Source: Tubiluchus corallicola
Taxonomy: Eukaryota; Animalia; Priapulida
DNA length: 64,000 nucleotides
Direction: 5' to 3'
Assembly: GCA_030141605.1 (NCBI GenBank)
Contig: JAQGDQ010000097.1
Span: 434,001 to 498,000, forward strand
Shown here: positions 22,101 through 37,100 of the stretch, one piece after another
Numbering within the stretch: the first letter of the stretch is position 1
Layout of the letters: each line of letters starts with the position of its first letter
The notes under the pieces: generated by a model
The model's input: only the letters and a program-made list of their open reading frames with translations
The model's database searches: none
Told to the model about the DNA's origin: nothing
Translations under genes and position numbers: made by a program

Positions 22101-25100
22101 TAAAGAATTATTTTAGCCTCTGAACCATTCACAATTCAGCAACAGTAGGTACTCATGCGTTTTTCAGGCTTTGTGTGCCATGGCAGTTGGCTGCTGGGCA
22201 CCTTTTTCAAATTTCTCCTTCCAAACTGAAGCCATAGTTGATCAGAGTATGCCTGGAACTTTGTTTAGACAACTGTTTTATGTTATAGTAAATAAATTGC
22301 TGGTTTCCTTGTGTAAATTCTTTCTGACTACTGTTTACTTTGACCATTGTTTACAGAAACTCATATAATGTGAAACATTCAATGAGGTTGTTTGCCTACT
22401 ATCACGTGTAGTGTGGGAAATTCATCTAGTCTTTATTAGATAATGGCTGTCAGTGCCTATGATATTCATCTCAAAGAATTTCAACTGTCAGTGTCATCAG
22501 TCTTTTTCAATTTAAATGAACCAGTGAATGAAAGACAGATTACTCTGCACTCCATCAGTTACTTGCAACAGTAACATAACATTTCTTGCATATTCTGCAA
22601 AAGACAGTTTATTTCATTCACAACATTCTTAGCATTCTTTATCACAAAAATTATAAATTTTAAAGTTGATGACAGTGACAAAGTTTACATAAACGTGTTA
22701 GTGTGGACTTGCTTTTCTTTGCACTGGAATGAAACTTCTTGCATGAAAAGAGATGCATTATATTATGAATAATACTATATTATGAATAATAAAATAAGAA
22801 ATGCAGAATCTGGAGATTTTAATTTGTTTAAATAAAAAATTTCAGATTCTCTAAAGAAACAAATAATGTAATTTATCTTTTTTATTTTGTGAAATTTTGC
22901 GTTTACTTACTTTTAAAATTAACTGTCCATTATGTTTTCACGACACTTCAGTTACTTTTTTGAAGTGGAGCCTGAATTGATCAAAAGATCAATTTATTTG
23001 TTCTTGAAATAATTCTTCCTATTTTCCAACGATAACTTGCTTAAGATGAGCTAAGTTTTTGATCTGGTTTTTGTACCACATCCTTTATCACAATGTTTAT
23101 GTGATTATTGTTGTCTTCTTTTGTAAACAGCGTAGGTTTATTTTTTAAAATTGAGAAATTTGAATAATTTAAAACATGTAATTGAATAAAATAAAATTAA
23201 CATGTCCGTAAACCATTACACTAATTTCTCTCTTTTTTTCATTTTCATGGCATTAATGAGAAAATAAGCATAAATATTCATTTTGGACTTTCTTTGCAAG
23301 AATAAGTGGATAAGTGCTAAAATTCTAAGTTCAACAAGGAGAAATTCCCCGATTATCGATCTATTGCCTTTATTTCTTTGAGCATCATGCTCCAGAAATG
23401 ATTACACACAAACAAACCGGTTGTTCAGGGCAGCTAATAGTAAAAAATTGTTTATATTTAGCATATCTTTACGTAGCTTGCCAAAAATTTATAAGTGTTT
23501 TAAAAAAAACCATTCCTGAGTAGTAAAAAGTAGTAGCATCATTTTATATATCATGAACAGTATTATATAAGAACAAATATTGGTATTTATGCTCTGAATG
23601 TATAGTGTGTGTATTGAGCAACTTTTGAACATTGATGATATATGCTTGGCTAGCTTCATGTTGCAAAATTTGAGGAATCATCAGTTTGTCATGTTATCTT
23701 GTAGATGACATTCATCTGAGTTCATCTAGCACAGTTTGTTATCAACAGCAAGTTCAGTATGCAGTTAACATGACACTATTATAGCTGGTGTCATTCCGTA
23801 CGGGATATCAGAAACTAGTGTATGAATATTATACAAAACACTTAAAAATATTGAGAACAGCCTTTCTGTATGAATAATCCCTTTCAGGAACTCCTTAGTT
23901 TGTCCTGTCTGCTGAAATATGATCTTGTATTGTTGATCCTATGGCATTTGTATGTGATTAATCGTAACTGTGCTAGTGAAATTGATGTTGTTATGAAACT
24001 GTTGTAGACGAACCATGCATTCCAAACGCATGCATTCCGTTAAAAAACTTTGAAAAATTAACTAAAACTATTACTGCTACTGCTATTGCTACTGTTACAG
24101 CTTGGTACTATTTTGCTGCCATAATTTTACTTGATGATACTGTCTTACCCTCAATATGCTGTCTCTGTATTAGAAACACAAGTGTCAGTAAACAAATTTT
24201 ATAAATTTTAACTCACGTTTTTATGAAAGATTGTCCTAAGATTGTGTATTAACGACTTTTTGGCATCGTTTTTTTTAATTTGCTTGCTGTTACAGCCGAA
24301 TTGCCATTATAGCATTAGAAAAAGTAAGTGTTGTTTTCTTTTTAGCCAAATCTAAACTATGTGACCAATACCGCAAAGCAGATAGAGAAAGGGTAAGTAC
24401 TTTGCATGAAAAATGAATACTACTGATATTGAAATAATTAAGTAAATTAAATTGTAATGTAATTACGCGTATTTTCTTAGTAATGAACCTTAGAGAGTTT
24501 GAACAGTTTTCAGGCTTTAATAGTTTTATGAGTTTCTTGAGTTTCTTACGGGTTTCAGTTTTGATTATCGGGATATGTCCACTGAACTGTTCGAATTTCA
24601 GTGTTGTTACATTGTAAATCATTATCTTTAAGTTTATGGTCGTGTTTAATAGTAGTAATGTAGACTTTAATACGACTGCAATTAGTGCAATTACACGCTT
24701 GCCTCGCTTTTTCAACTTGGTGCTAGATGGCAGGCAAAATGTTACGCAGTCACCATAGCAATGTTAACTGTTGGGCAAATAAGCAGTATAAGCCCAACAA
24801 GCATTTAATGTTATCCACAGCAGCTGTTAATTGAACAATGCAGCGGACACAGCAAGCTGCACGTTACGGAAACCATGGTAACCTATTGTTTCAATTAGGC
24901 TGCTGTTTGCTGCAGAGCAGTTGAAAGTGAATTTTTCTTCACAAATATCATTAGCACACAAAAAAGTTCGTTTTCAACATTTGCGTAATTAACATATATT
25001 AGCAGGATGTTTCTTCACCTATTTAAAGTTGCTGGTTGTTTTTGTTCATTTGTTCCGATAATTTAAATATTTCAGAAAAATCCGCCAAAACCCCATGAAA

Positions 25101-28100
25101 AATGCTCCATTTACTGTTCAAAACAACACAAAACCACTCGACAAATTCACTCAAAACACACAAAACCCCAAGAAGATCGTGGTATTAAAATGTGACCAAT
25201 GACAGAGCTTAAGAACCCGTCTTAATAGATCCGTTCGCTGTTTTTACCTACTATAAAATTAATGAATATCGTGCAAAACGCTCGCTAGTTACTCGTCATC
25301 CACCGTAGTCTAACAACTACTTAATCAGTTTGTTTAGATGGTATTTTTTTTAGTTCAATGAGTCACATATCCAGTTAAATCTAATACCTTGTTGTTCCTT
25401 AATTGTTTTTTATGCATACCTAATGCACTTTAAGTATCTTTGTGCTTTAATATCTTTAGTCCCACTGCAGCCTAGTGTATTATCTGCCAGTTTGCCTATA
25501 GGCCTGACTATGTAATCTCCATGCATTGATAACATATTTCCAAGACTGGTCGGTCGAGTAGTACTGTCGTAACTAATTATTAAAATCTTTCTTGATTTCC
25601 CTTCTGGGTCTAATGGCTGTCATGTCTGTAGCATTGCTATCTGTTTGTGAAGCCCGGTATCTCCGGAAGATTTTGTCAGCGCTGTCTTCTGTAATTGACA
25701 GCACTGTAATTGACATTTATTAACGTAGTTTGCCTCAGTGTAATTTTGCAGCAATAACGTCGTGCCAGTGCTAGTTAGATTTAATACTCAAAATAAAAAA
25801 GAGGTTGTTTAGCTTTTTTATTTGTTCTGTTTGTTATGACTTATTTTATTTTATTTATTTACCATTTTTGTCATTTATATTTATTTCCTTTGTCTGCTCG
25901 TTCGCTTGTTTGTTTGCCTATGTGTAAACATATGTGCATACTATTTTCATTTTGAACTCGATATGCACTGAGCTATGAAATCTAGCACATCATTTATGGA
26001 CATGTTCTACAGCTTGTATACAGCTATATGGTGGTTGTACTAGAGTAAAATGTTGAAAATATGGAATGTGTTTATGCTACCTAAAGAAAAATATTTAATT
26101 CACAGAGGATGGCTGTTTGATTGTCTGGTTACTAATAATTTAATTTTAATAATTAATCTGCTTGTAAGCACTGAATTACTAAATACTTTATCTTATTGGC
26201 ATAATTGTTGCCCATTTCTGTTACACTTGTGTCATTGAGTTTAATGATACAAAAGCTTTATTACAAAATATTAGTTAGTGTAATGTAATAATTCCACATT
26301 CGTAAGATTATTGCATTTCTGGTTGCTGTGTAGATTGTTTCCAGTTTTTATATCCTTCATTTGATACTTTCGATCTACAGTAAGTCCGTGCTTAGCAACT
26401 CCCTGTTTAGCGATGTTTCATTTTAACAACACAGAACATTAGACACCTTTTTCTCACTTGTTTTTTAATAACGCTTGGCTTTTACTATGCAGTGTTTAAT
26501 GGCTAACTGCGTGAGACTTCAACGTTAACAAGAGAGTTACATCTAGCTAGGTATCGGTAAGAAAGAATGGTGGCTTCAAGCAAGTAGAAAGAAATTAGTC
26601 AGTAGAAATGTGAGGAAAACTGATAAAATTTTAACTTATATTAATTAAGCATCTTTGATTTTTGTTTCTGGAACATGTCTCAATTTTTCTTACATTACGA
26701 TGTTTAGCTTAACGTCGCATTTTGCTGGAAAGCATTGGCATCGTTAAGTGAGAACTTACTGTACTTTTTCTGAATTGAAGTATCGCTAATTGTAATTGTT
26801 GTATGTTAGTTGATCCATGTTAGAAAACATGGAAAAATCTAACAGATTTCATACCAGGCATCACTATGCAGTTTGTTTGAGGCTCATAATGTCGACATTA
26901 TGCAAATTATCTTTTTGGGTTTTTAGTTTCAAAACGCACATTGACTCAGGTTTGTTGGACATCATATCACCTGCCGAATCATTTTATCCGGATTTTCGAA
27001 AACTGAACGACCTCTTGGGTGATCCTCCAGAAAGAGTGAAGTAAGTTTGCTTCTGGCTCCAGTGCTCAGGCTGAACACGGCATCACTCTAGATGGTACCC
27101 GTTAATCGATGTAAACTTTCGCAGGCAGATCATTTTCAGTAGCTTTCTCCAGAGAATGGAACAAATTCGATTTGCGTTGTTGTACTAAATTTGACGTGTT
27201 TAACAAAAAGCTCAAGACTCACTAGTTTATTTTAGCCTTTTCGTACTAAGTTCAGTAATTTCATGTTGTGTACCCAGTGTCTGGATTTAAATTCACTGGG
27301 TTCTATTGTCATCTGTTTAAATTTTAAGTATAATGCTGATGCTTTCATTTAACTGTTGTTAGGTGCCATAGAATACTAATTGTAATTAACATCACAGTAT
27401 AAAATTTGTGTAAAAATAATACCCAGACTATAGCTCATTAAGGTTGTGGCTAGGGGTGCCTGATGAAAACTGCTTCCTTAACATTAAAAAATAGGTGAAT
27501 CACTGAAAACTAAACTTTTTTTAGGTGGAGGACAAAACAAAACTTAGATTTTGCCTACGTGATGATGTATGCGCAAGCAAGAGGCACTTACTACCTGCAG
27601 GTCAGTCGTTTGTCCCTTTTACCTGTACAGCTATTATGGTAATTTATTTATTTAGCTTTTTTGTAGTAATTTTTGAATATACTTTTAGTACTTATTTTGT
27701 CAAATTGTGCTGTTTGTACACAAGCTGATGTAATTCCAAATAAATACTTTGTTTTGCTTTTGGCCGATGCTAGTGTAATGCATCTAGCAGACAGTAATCA
27801 AGTTCACAGCCACATTTGCAAACGATCAAAACGGTTTAAGATACAGACTCCAAAATTGTATAGAAGTGGGAAGTTTTATAACATCTGTGTACAGCGTTAA
27901 ATGTCATTTAATAGCTATATTGAAAATACACAAGTAAGTGCAAATCAAGACCACAACTTTTGAATAAGTTATGAACATAACTTATGATTAAGAATATAAC
28001 ATGGAAAGACACTGAAATCAAGATTACAAGATTGAAAGAAATTTGTGATTAAAATAATGAGATTAAAAAATTAGTTAAGATGCAGACTACATTTTTCATA

Positions 28101-31100
28101 ATGTCCTTACTACTACTGTAGCTGCTAGATAATTGACATCTAACATAATGTCTTTCATTTTCGTTGAATGCTTATTCAGCGTGCAAGTTATTTCACACAG
28201 CTGCAGAGCTTAATTAACGCAGGTACGTTCAGGACATTTAACCACAGCTCCACTTACACTGTTTTGAAAAATGCTCAACTTTTCATTAGTTAGCAGGAAA
28301 AATATTGGCCTGGTTGTGTATTTTATTATTGTCAATTGAAATTGCAAGTGAATTAGTGGAAATATATAGTCTAGTTTCTTTCTTATAGGAAGAAATGCAC
28401 AACACTTACGTCTATGAATTGCTGATTAAACCATTTTGCAGTCAAGAAAATATGCAGTTTTAGGTTATGGCTTTGCAAGTTAGATAAAACAACTATTTGA
28501 TTAACTTTAAATAAGGACAAAACAAAATGTTTTCTTTTCTGGCCAGTTTTTATAAACCTCAATGAGATCTTCATAGTCAAAATTAATTCAAATGTGGTCA
28601 AAACCTATATTATACATCAAGGTCGTATTTGCTATTTTACGCTATTTTTTTGGTTATAATCATAGTTAAAAGATGCATTGAGAGTTATGTAACTCGGGCA
28701 TTCTATAAGGGTCGTCTATGGAATAGAACAATCTAATTTATTCCATTTCCTTAGTCTAACAAACGGAAAAATACAAAAACTTAATACTTGCAGACAGGCA
28801 CATGATCAGTTAATATAGAAAAAATATGTTGCAGGCATGAATGATGTTTGTATGTTCAAAGGCAGGAGAGACTTAATATATTTGTTGCTCATTTATTGTA
28901 AAGCAAGGCTAACTGGCTTAGTTTCTTTATTATACTTATGTCTCTGTATTTTGTAGTATTTTCAAACTTTGCCTCTACATTCTGTTTAAATTGAAAAGTC
29001 ATTTTTTGGCTACTTGAAGTGTTAATTTCGTTTAAAAATAGCTGCTACTGTGCAAATTTTTGTTTATGAAAAAGTGCAATCAGTTTTTCTGCTGATTAAA
29101 CATTAGTTGTGGCTGTCATGCTGTTTAGTTTAGTTTAGTTTAGTTGAGACAGTTGTTGTTCAGTGTGAGCTGTTGTCTTGAAAGCTGCTGTGCTTATGTT
29201 ACAGCGGAGGCGGAGCGATAGACCAATATGTATGACGTCAATTATATATGAATAATAAAACCAAGACAAAATTGGGCAAATAGGTCCTCAGATTCCTGAT
29301 TTGATATGACCAAAACATCATACCAAACTTTGTGTCTGGCTAGTGGCTACTTGTGGCATGTAGGCAAACCAGATTTTGTTGTGAAGAAGTTGCCTTGTTT
29401 CAAATGTGACAGTCGTGGAATTCCACTGTGTATCTCCCATGTTCTTTTAAATATCTATTTGCAGTTAGAAGATGATATCGTAGCAAAACCAGGTTATGTT
29501 ACTACGATTAGGAACTTCATTCTTGGGCAGCAATCTCCGGACTGGTTCCTGCTGGAATTTACGCAATTAGGATTTATAGGTGGGCGCATGACTAATGAGT
29601 TATAATTAGTTAGATACTTAATTGTGCCGTGATGGCATACAAATGAAAGGTGAACAGTTTGACATATGCGATATACCCCAGTTTAAATGGACCGTGTGGC
29701 TCGTCTTCCATTAAAGCTACACTAAAGCCCTTAAAAGGCACTTATGGCAATGTTTTATGCGGCATTGACTCCTGTAAGAACCAAAACATGTCTAGTGTTA
29801 AAGCTAACTTGTTTTTTATTCGTAGTTGTTCAATATACCTTAGTACAAGTATGTGATTTCGTCACAACTATTCACTTGAAATAAAACTCATACATCATGT
29901 TTAGAATGTGAGCATGTTAAAACTGTTATTCTTGCAAGATGGTGTACCTTAAATTATGCCTAAGACATCTTAAATGAGAAGGATGTATTAAATCTAAGCC
30001 TACTGTTACTCTTTATTGCGAATTCTGAAATAAACAAATTCGTGCAAACTTGCATATTTTTACGTTGGGGAATTTTCTGTGTAAACTTTCCCAAAGGCTT
30101 CCGAAAGTGACATTGAAATCTTAATTTGAAATCCTGCAAATGCTGCTGTAGCATTCATTTCAGCTTAATCGGTAGAGATGAGTATAGTTTGTCACAAGGG
30201 AAATGTTTTTGGCTTTGTGACATGTCAATACTGTCATTAATTCATGGTAGTTTGTATTTCTCCTACCTCATGTTGTTTATCATCGGCTGTGTTGGTTTAT
30301 TTACATGTGTAACGTTATATTTGGTTGCCAAGGTAACACAGCTATCTATTGGTCAGACTTGATGTAGCCCATCTGCAGTTAACTAGTTCTTCTCATATAT
30401 TTTTAGGAAAATGCTTCAAGGCTAAAGATTTGGGATTGCTATCAGAATTCTTCCTGATGTTTCATGCAGATAAGCCTGTTGACTGGCTGCTAGACCACTT
30501 CTTTTTTGTGCGATTGTGCAGACCAGACAAAGACATTGTGAGCACTTTATTTTATATATTTGTTTGCTCCAAATTGAAGTAGTAGATTACGAGTAAAATG
30601 GCATGTGTTCACTAGTCCACAAAGTTAGTTATATCGCTTAAATTTTTCAAGGTTTAGGACAGCAATTTAACATTGCAAATTATATGAACATTTCTGTGTC
30701 ACATTGCTTTCCAATGGTTTGCAAAATTGACTTGGAAATGTTGATTTGAAATTTTATTTTGCCTGAATGGCTTCGTACGCCATACTGAATTTGGGTATTT
30801 GCCTCTTAGAGGGAGGTGTAAGGTTCATCCTTCTGCCACTCTGCACAGAACAGCTGTGTTATTGCTTGCCAGGTCTTGCAGGTATACTACAATCTGATTA
30901 GTGACAATGCCTTTGATGCCTTTGCATTTGAACAGGTGTTTCGATTTGATGCACAGATTTCCTTATTGTTGAGTACTAAGCACGTTTATCGCTACCAGAT
31001 TTATTCCAGTGAGCTTTAGGCCGCATTGGAAAAAATAGACGTGATGGTTAGGCAATAAAGTTGGAAACCTGTAAATGGAGCACGTCTATAAATGGCATCT

Positions 31101-34100
31101 TTATCTTTCATTAAGAAGAAAAAACCTCAATGACAGTGCAAAAAGCTACATCCTTTCATTGAAACGTATCGAACGAACTTCGCTCTCATTAGTCAACATA
31201 ACTTCGCAACCTTTAAGCAAAATAGAATTCACACTGCAAACCACTCTACGTAAACATTAAGTCTTAATTAAGCCGAAAACAGAGTGACAATAGACCAACT
31301 CACAACTGCCAAATTAAAACACCTTTAGCTACAAAATAACTTATGTAACTGCCGGCTTTAATTAAACAAAAATGGAGAAACCATCAATAAACAAATACTA
31401 AGTAAAACTAACTAAATACCAATTTAACTTACAATGTTTAACGAAACAAAGGTGAACGTCAAAACTTTGATGAAAACGTTTTAACCAGAATTCAACAAGG
31501 CAGCATTTTACACATAGCAAAAGGAAGCAAAAAGAAGGCTTCAATTCCTGCCATTCATGCCTAGGTAATTTCCAAGTTTCATGTGCACCAAGAGTACTAC
31601 CAGAACCAAAGGTAAATGCCCATGCTAGAACAATGAAAAATCTGTCTACCTGACACTCAGGCCTATTCCTAGCTACTAACAAGCTCTCTTTGATCAACGG
31701 AACTCTTACAGTACAATTATTATTATTAATTAGTGTATTAGGCTAAATAAAAAATATGCTTAACGTACGTTGCTTGGAATTAGCATTGACAGGTGATTAA
31801 TTTTAACAAAATTGGTTTTTCTTATAAAAGTAAGCATGAACTGTACTTGTACTTGTACTGTGAAGTTAGAGTGGCTACTACTTTAATCACCTTGCTGTCA
31901 AATTGTTTGACATTTCGTGCAATGAAAATTAGTGTGATTTGTTTGTTAAATGATTGACTTTTGCACATGCTTAATGCCTTGATGAAATAAACTGCAAAAG
32001 TATTTTTGTTAGCAGTTCCTCTTACAGTAGCCTGATGACCTAGACAATCACAATGTTTCACAGCTGAATCCCTGATTTCCCCTTCTTCATACAAGTGCCC
32101 TCTCCAGTTATCTTTAGCCTTATCTTTATCTTTAGTCTTAGTCCTCAATCCTTGGTTTTGTAACGAAGTTGAAAAAGCATTTCTGTACAACTACTAGCAA
32201 CAGTTGTTCTTGCTTTTAAAACTTATTAGATAGAAATCATAATAATTTGGTGTTAATTTCAGCAACACTGCGCCCGAATGAAGGCGAGGCAAAGAATACG
32301 TTACAAGCCATCGCTCTTTCAGCATGTCGGCGTCCATTCCTCACTGAAGGGTAAAGTTCAGAAACTCAAGGTAAGAAACTTATTATTAATTACAAATTTA
32401 ATTAGTTAATTTTTTAACTTGTTAAGTTCTAAAAACTTAGAAATGGTGTGTCAAAATAACTATTATCAACATTACTAGGAACATATTGCTCATTATGCTG
32501 ATAATAGTTATTTTTAGCCTTTAGTGTTTTAATTATTTAGTGTATTGATTATTTAATTATTTAAAAAGATTTCTACAGTCATCGTCATATAATTCATATA
32601 ATTACATATTTAAAAAATTTTATATTTACCATACATATTGTCTACAATAATTTAGACATAGATTGAGTCAAGTTAAATTGGTGTGCTGAAAATATCTACT
32701 GTATATATAAATATTTTGACTTATATTACAATTATTATTATTAATTAGTGTATTAGGCTAAATAAAAAATATGCTTAACGTACGTTGCTTGGAAATAGCA
32801 TTGACAGGTGATTAATTTTAACAAAATTAGTTTTTCTTATAAAAGTAAGCATGAACTGTGCTTGTACTTGTACTGTGAAGTTAGAGTGGCTACTACTTTA
32901 ATCACCTTGCTGTCAAATTGTTTGACATTTCTTGCAATGAAAATTAGTGTAATTTGTTTGTTAAATGATTGACTTTTGCACATGCTTAATGCCTTGATGA
33001 AATAAACTGCAAAAGTATTTTTGTTAGCAGTTGTTAGTAAGCTGTGGTTAGACAACCCACCACAGTGATATTTTTTTAGATTGGCACACATCAATGGGTA
33101 TCATTTTCTTACCAAGGCATTAAGAGATTTCACAGTAACCTTTTTGCCTAGGCATCTGCTTTTTTGATGCAGCTGTGCAAGGTTTCAAAAAATACCTATT
33201 GTTATGTATCCAACTTTAGGTATAAACTAACATAAGAAAGCCTGCAAATTGTTCATTTTTTGTTATCTTCTAGTCTGAATTTAATTAATTATATTTTTGT
33301 TAGATTAACACTACTGCTCTTCTTAGTAATTTTGAGTGAATAAGCCGTTTAACAGTTCCAGCAATTGATGATGATCGTGAAAAGGTCAAAGGTTAAACGT
33401 ACCACACGACACATTTTTGTACACTTGACCCTGCCTCGCAGCCCATACTATTGTAATAGTAGCACGCAGCCCATACTATTGTAATAGTAACAATTTTAAC
33501 AGCTAGCTTGAACCTTACTTAGTTCATTTTTTCTTGTTCCCAACTAAGATCCTGCTAGTAAATCACTCTATGCGCAGACTAATACATAATTAAGTAAAGT
33601 TCACGTAAAGCAACAGAACTTAATGAACTGATGCGACAGACTTTGCTTTATACACATGCCACTTGGCGGTTGTAGTTAAGATGTGTTGCTGGGGTTCACT
33701 TGACCTTTGACCTACAGCAACTATGCGTGCACACAACGAAGCTATGAAAAGGCTTTTTAGTTACATATTGCAAGCTACTGCAAGTGCATGCAACTGCTAG
33801 GATTATCATTTAACCTCCAATATGCTGTATATGCTTCACAGTTATCAACAAACTTTAGAACTAACAGTGCTTGCTTAACTAATATTTTGCTTATTAGGAA
33901 ACCACTTCAGAATACGGAATCCCTGTTATAGACCTGTAGACACCTCTGCATGAGATGTGAGTTGTTAAACTGCGTGGGTTTCGTTGTTGCATAATGCCTG
34001 TGACTGTAGTGCATAGTTTGAGCGTATGTGATTGTCGTATGTGTAGCATGCTTACTTCAAAGTAAAAAAAAACCTCTTGCTGCAGCATTGCATTCTGGGA

Positions 34101-37100
34101 ATTAAAGTGCCTTGCATATATGTATGTTACACTATTTTTTGCTGTTTGTCATGATAATTAGTTTCTACAGCGGGGCGTTGGTATCGTGGTGACTGAAGCT
34201 GTGTCTGTTAAGTGTGTTTTTCTATTTTTTCTGTTGTTTTTGACATTAAAACCAAACCAAGCTGCACAGAGGAAGAGTAAGTATGAGTGATATTCAGTTT
34301 CTTAATCCTGTTCTCTTTGTTTGCTGTCTTAGTTTCTTTGTCATTTGTATTGTCCATTTAAGGTGAATGCTTTGTTTTTCATTGTTGCACCAGTTGAGAT
34401 TTTTGTGGCTGGCTTTGTTGTTGCACATACCAGTTATGATACCTGTTTCTTTTTCGTGTTTATCACGTTTGAAGTTTATTAGAGTTAAAATAATTCCATC
34501 AATAGCCAAAAGTTGTTTTTATCATTTGTGTGTTTAGGTGTGCAAGAAAAACTGTTATTACCTATCAAAGTTATTTATGGTAGGCAAATTTCTGTGGTAG
34601 GTTATGTGGTAGGTTAGTGGGTTTTAAGATTATATTATGTACCTTAGCCTTACTGAAAATGACGACCATTAGTAAACCTAGTAAGCCAGCAAATTAGTGG
34701 CTTTGTGACTGAAAAAAATGACTCTGAATTTCTCCTGAGATGAAATGTATGTAGAATTGTCAAGTTATTGCCTTGGATATACTTTCTGTAATATAATTTG
34801 TCTATTTGGTTTTGCAAATAATGTCATTCTTGCATCTGCCTATAATCCTAGTTTGAAAGTTGTGGAAGAGAAGTTTAAAAAAGAAATTGTTTAGGTTATT
34901 TAATAGAGTGCTAATAATTTCCAGCATCTGTTTGCATGCTTTTTTGTTTGCTGACTGTTTTCTTTACCAGGACCGAGATTTTGGCAAAATAGTTTTGCAT
35001 AAGGCACATTCCAATCCACCAGCAGCTGTGTTCACTACGTTAAAAGTGTACAAGCATTACACATTAGAAAAGGCCTATGCTGGTGATAACTTCTTCTGGG
35101 CATTACTGCCACAGGCTGGTGATTTTGTCCGCTTCGATTTCGTTCCACCTATCAAAATAAAAACGTAAGTGCAAGTTTTTGTATGCTAGTTTTTGTATAC
35201 AATTTTTTTAAATCAATTTTACTTTTGCAAATAACGCAAGCTTACTAGCTATGGAGCTTTCATCACTTATAGTACAAGTTAAGACTATGTAACAGAGGCT
35301 TATTACCCTGCTTTTGCTCTTATTGCTGGGTAAGGCAATAGCAGCTGACATATAAATTAGTCTTTGCTGTACCTTGATCAAGTTATAGAACCAACAGCCC
35401 CTCAAATTTAAGTCTTATGGCTCATTCAGACGTAGAGAATTATCTCGCAACTTGTTGCGCAACTTCTCTCTGAGAGTAAACTTGCAGGTGTGAACAGCTT
35501 GGCAACTTCTCTCGCAACTTGTTGCGCAGCAATTGGCAAGAGAACTCCTTACATCTGAACGCGCAGTTAGATTTGACTGTTGGTCTAAAAATTTCCTTGA
35601 AAATTTGGTAAGTTCTTCCATCAAATACATTGTGTCATCATCGAATCAGATAATGAATATGAATATTTAAATATGGACACATGTTTTTGTACCATAGTGA
35701 TGTATTTTTAAAACTTACCAATTACAGATCATATCTTAAAATACTGTATCTACCTGCTAAATTTTGTTTCTATTTGCTTTGTTTCATGCTTTTCGTATTG
35801 CCCACATATTTATTTACAGATACTTATTGCGAAGTGGCAATGCTGAGCATATGCTGGACATATTTTACAATGCCACAGTAGAAGTATCACCAAGCTCAGT
35901 GCAGGCATCTGATAGTCAAACAGATGAAACTAAGCAACAGGTATTACCTACTGTAGTTAATAAAAAACTGCTATTGCAGCCACCTGTTGAATGGTTGTTT
36001 TGTACTTCTTCTGGAATAATCTTCGGGGTTTAACATCGATCTGCACGTCGATGGCAGAAAACTAAAAATTTTGAAAAAACAAGAAACAAATAGAAATTGA
36101 CATTTGTGTGTGTGTGTATGTGTGTGTGCGTGCGTGCGTGCATGCGTGTGAGAGAGACATGGTATTTCAATCTTTCCGATTTCTTTCCTATGTATTCCAT
36201 GGTCCAGATTCTCGTAAAAAGCAAAGTAAAACTAAAACTACAGCTTATTTCATTAAAATCACTTTTGATTCCCAGGAGTGTTGTTTTGCATGTATTTATG
36301 TTTACTTGTATGTAGATGGCGTTTGACAGTCTGCTCGCAGACAAAAATCACGAAATTGTGGTGAAGTTTGTTACACTTTTTTCTGCCGTCTGCTTGATTG
36401 GATACTTAACTAATTTAGTGCTGTTTACTTTTTTAGGATATATATATATATATATAAGATTTTTATATAAAATATGCAAAGCTGTGGTATTTGCAGAGTG
36501 CCGGACGCAATGATAGTGACATTTATTTTCAGGACTTTTATCCAAAGACAAAAGACGGTTTTTATATTGTTGGTAGTTTCCAAAATGGAGTAGCTAACGG
36601 AACCATATCGCCTAATTTACGAGATATTAATTCCCTACGCATATATGTACACAGCGAAAGCCAAAGTTGGGTTATACTTAGCGAGGTAAAATTATCTTTT
36701 GTTCATTATCTGGTGAATATTTTTCCCTGGAGCTGTTGAAACCCTGATACATATGCTGTCTAATGTTCAACCAATTTGTATGACATGATCTACCTCCAGT
36801 TTCTGGTTGTTGCCATGCCTGTTCTGATGAAATTGTGCATTATATACATATATATATATATAGTTTATTGACAAATTCAGCATTTTCTATACCAAAGTAA
36901 AATAGCAAAAACACAACATATAAAACAATTTGTCCATTGATAAGGCCAGATAAATCATTACATGAAATATAATTTTAGTGCGATATTAATTGCATTCGTG
37001 AATATTTACAGAAGTCGAAAATTAACTAAAGATCATTATCTCCACAAACTTTTTCAAGTTTATACAAGTATTTGGCTTTGTTTACAATAAGTTGTGTCGT

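Noticed and set aside
24290-24715. 141-aa minus-strand ORF
   Set aside because: It is a low-complexity K/L/I-rich translation antisense to MGAT4 exon 5, starts with a non-ATG codon, and has no motif.
31060-31700. Possible LINE endonuclease remnant
   Set aside because: The A-rich strand bias suggests an insertion, but no convincing APE motifs could be read, so it was not called.
31822-33094. Two similar minus-strand ORFs as a duplicated gene
   Set aside because: They are a by-product of the 306-bp intronic duplication and show no protein motif or splice structure.
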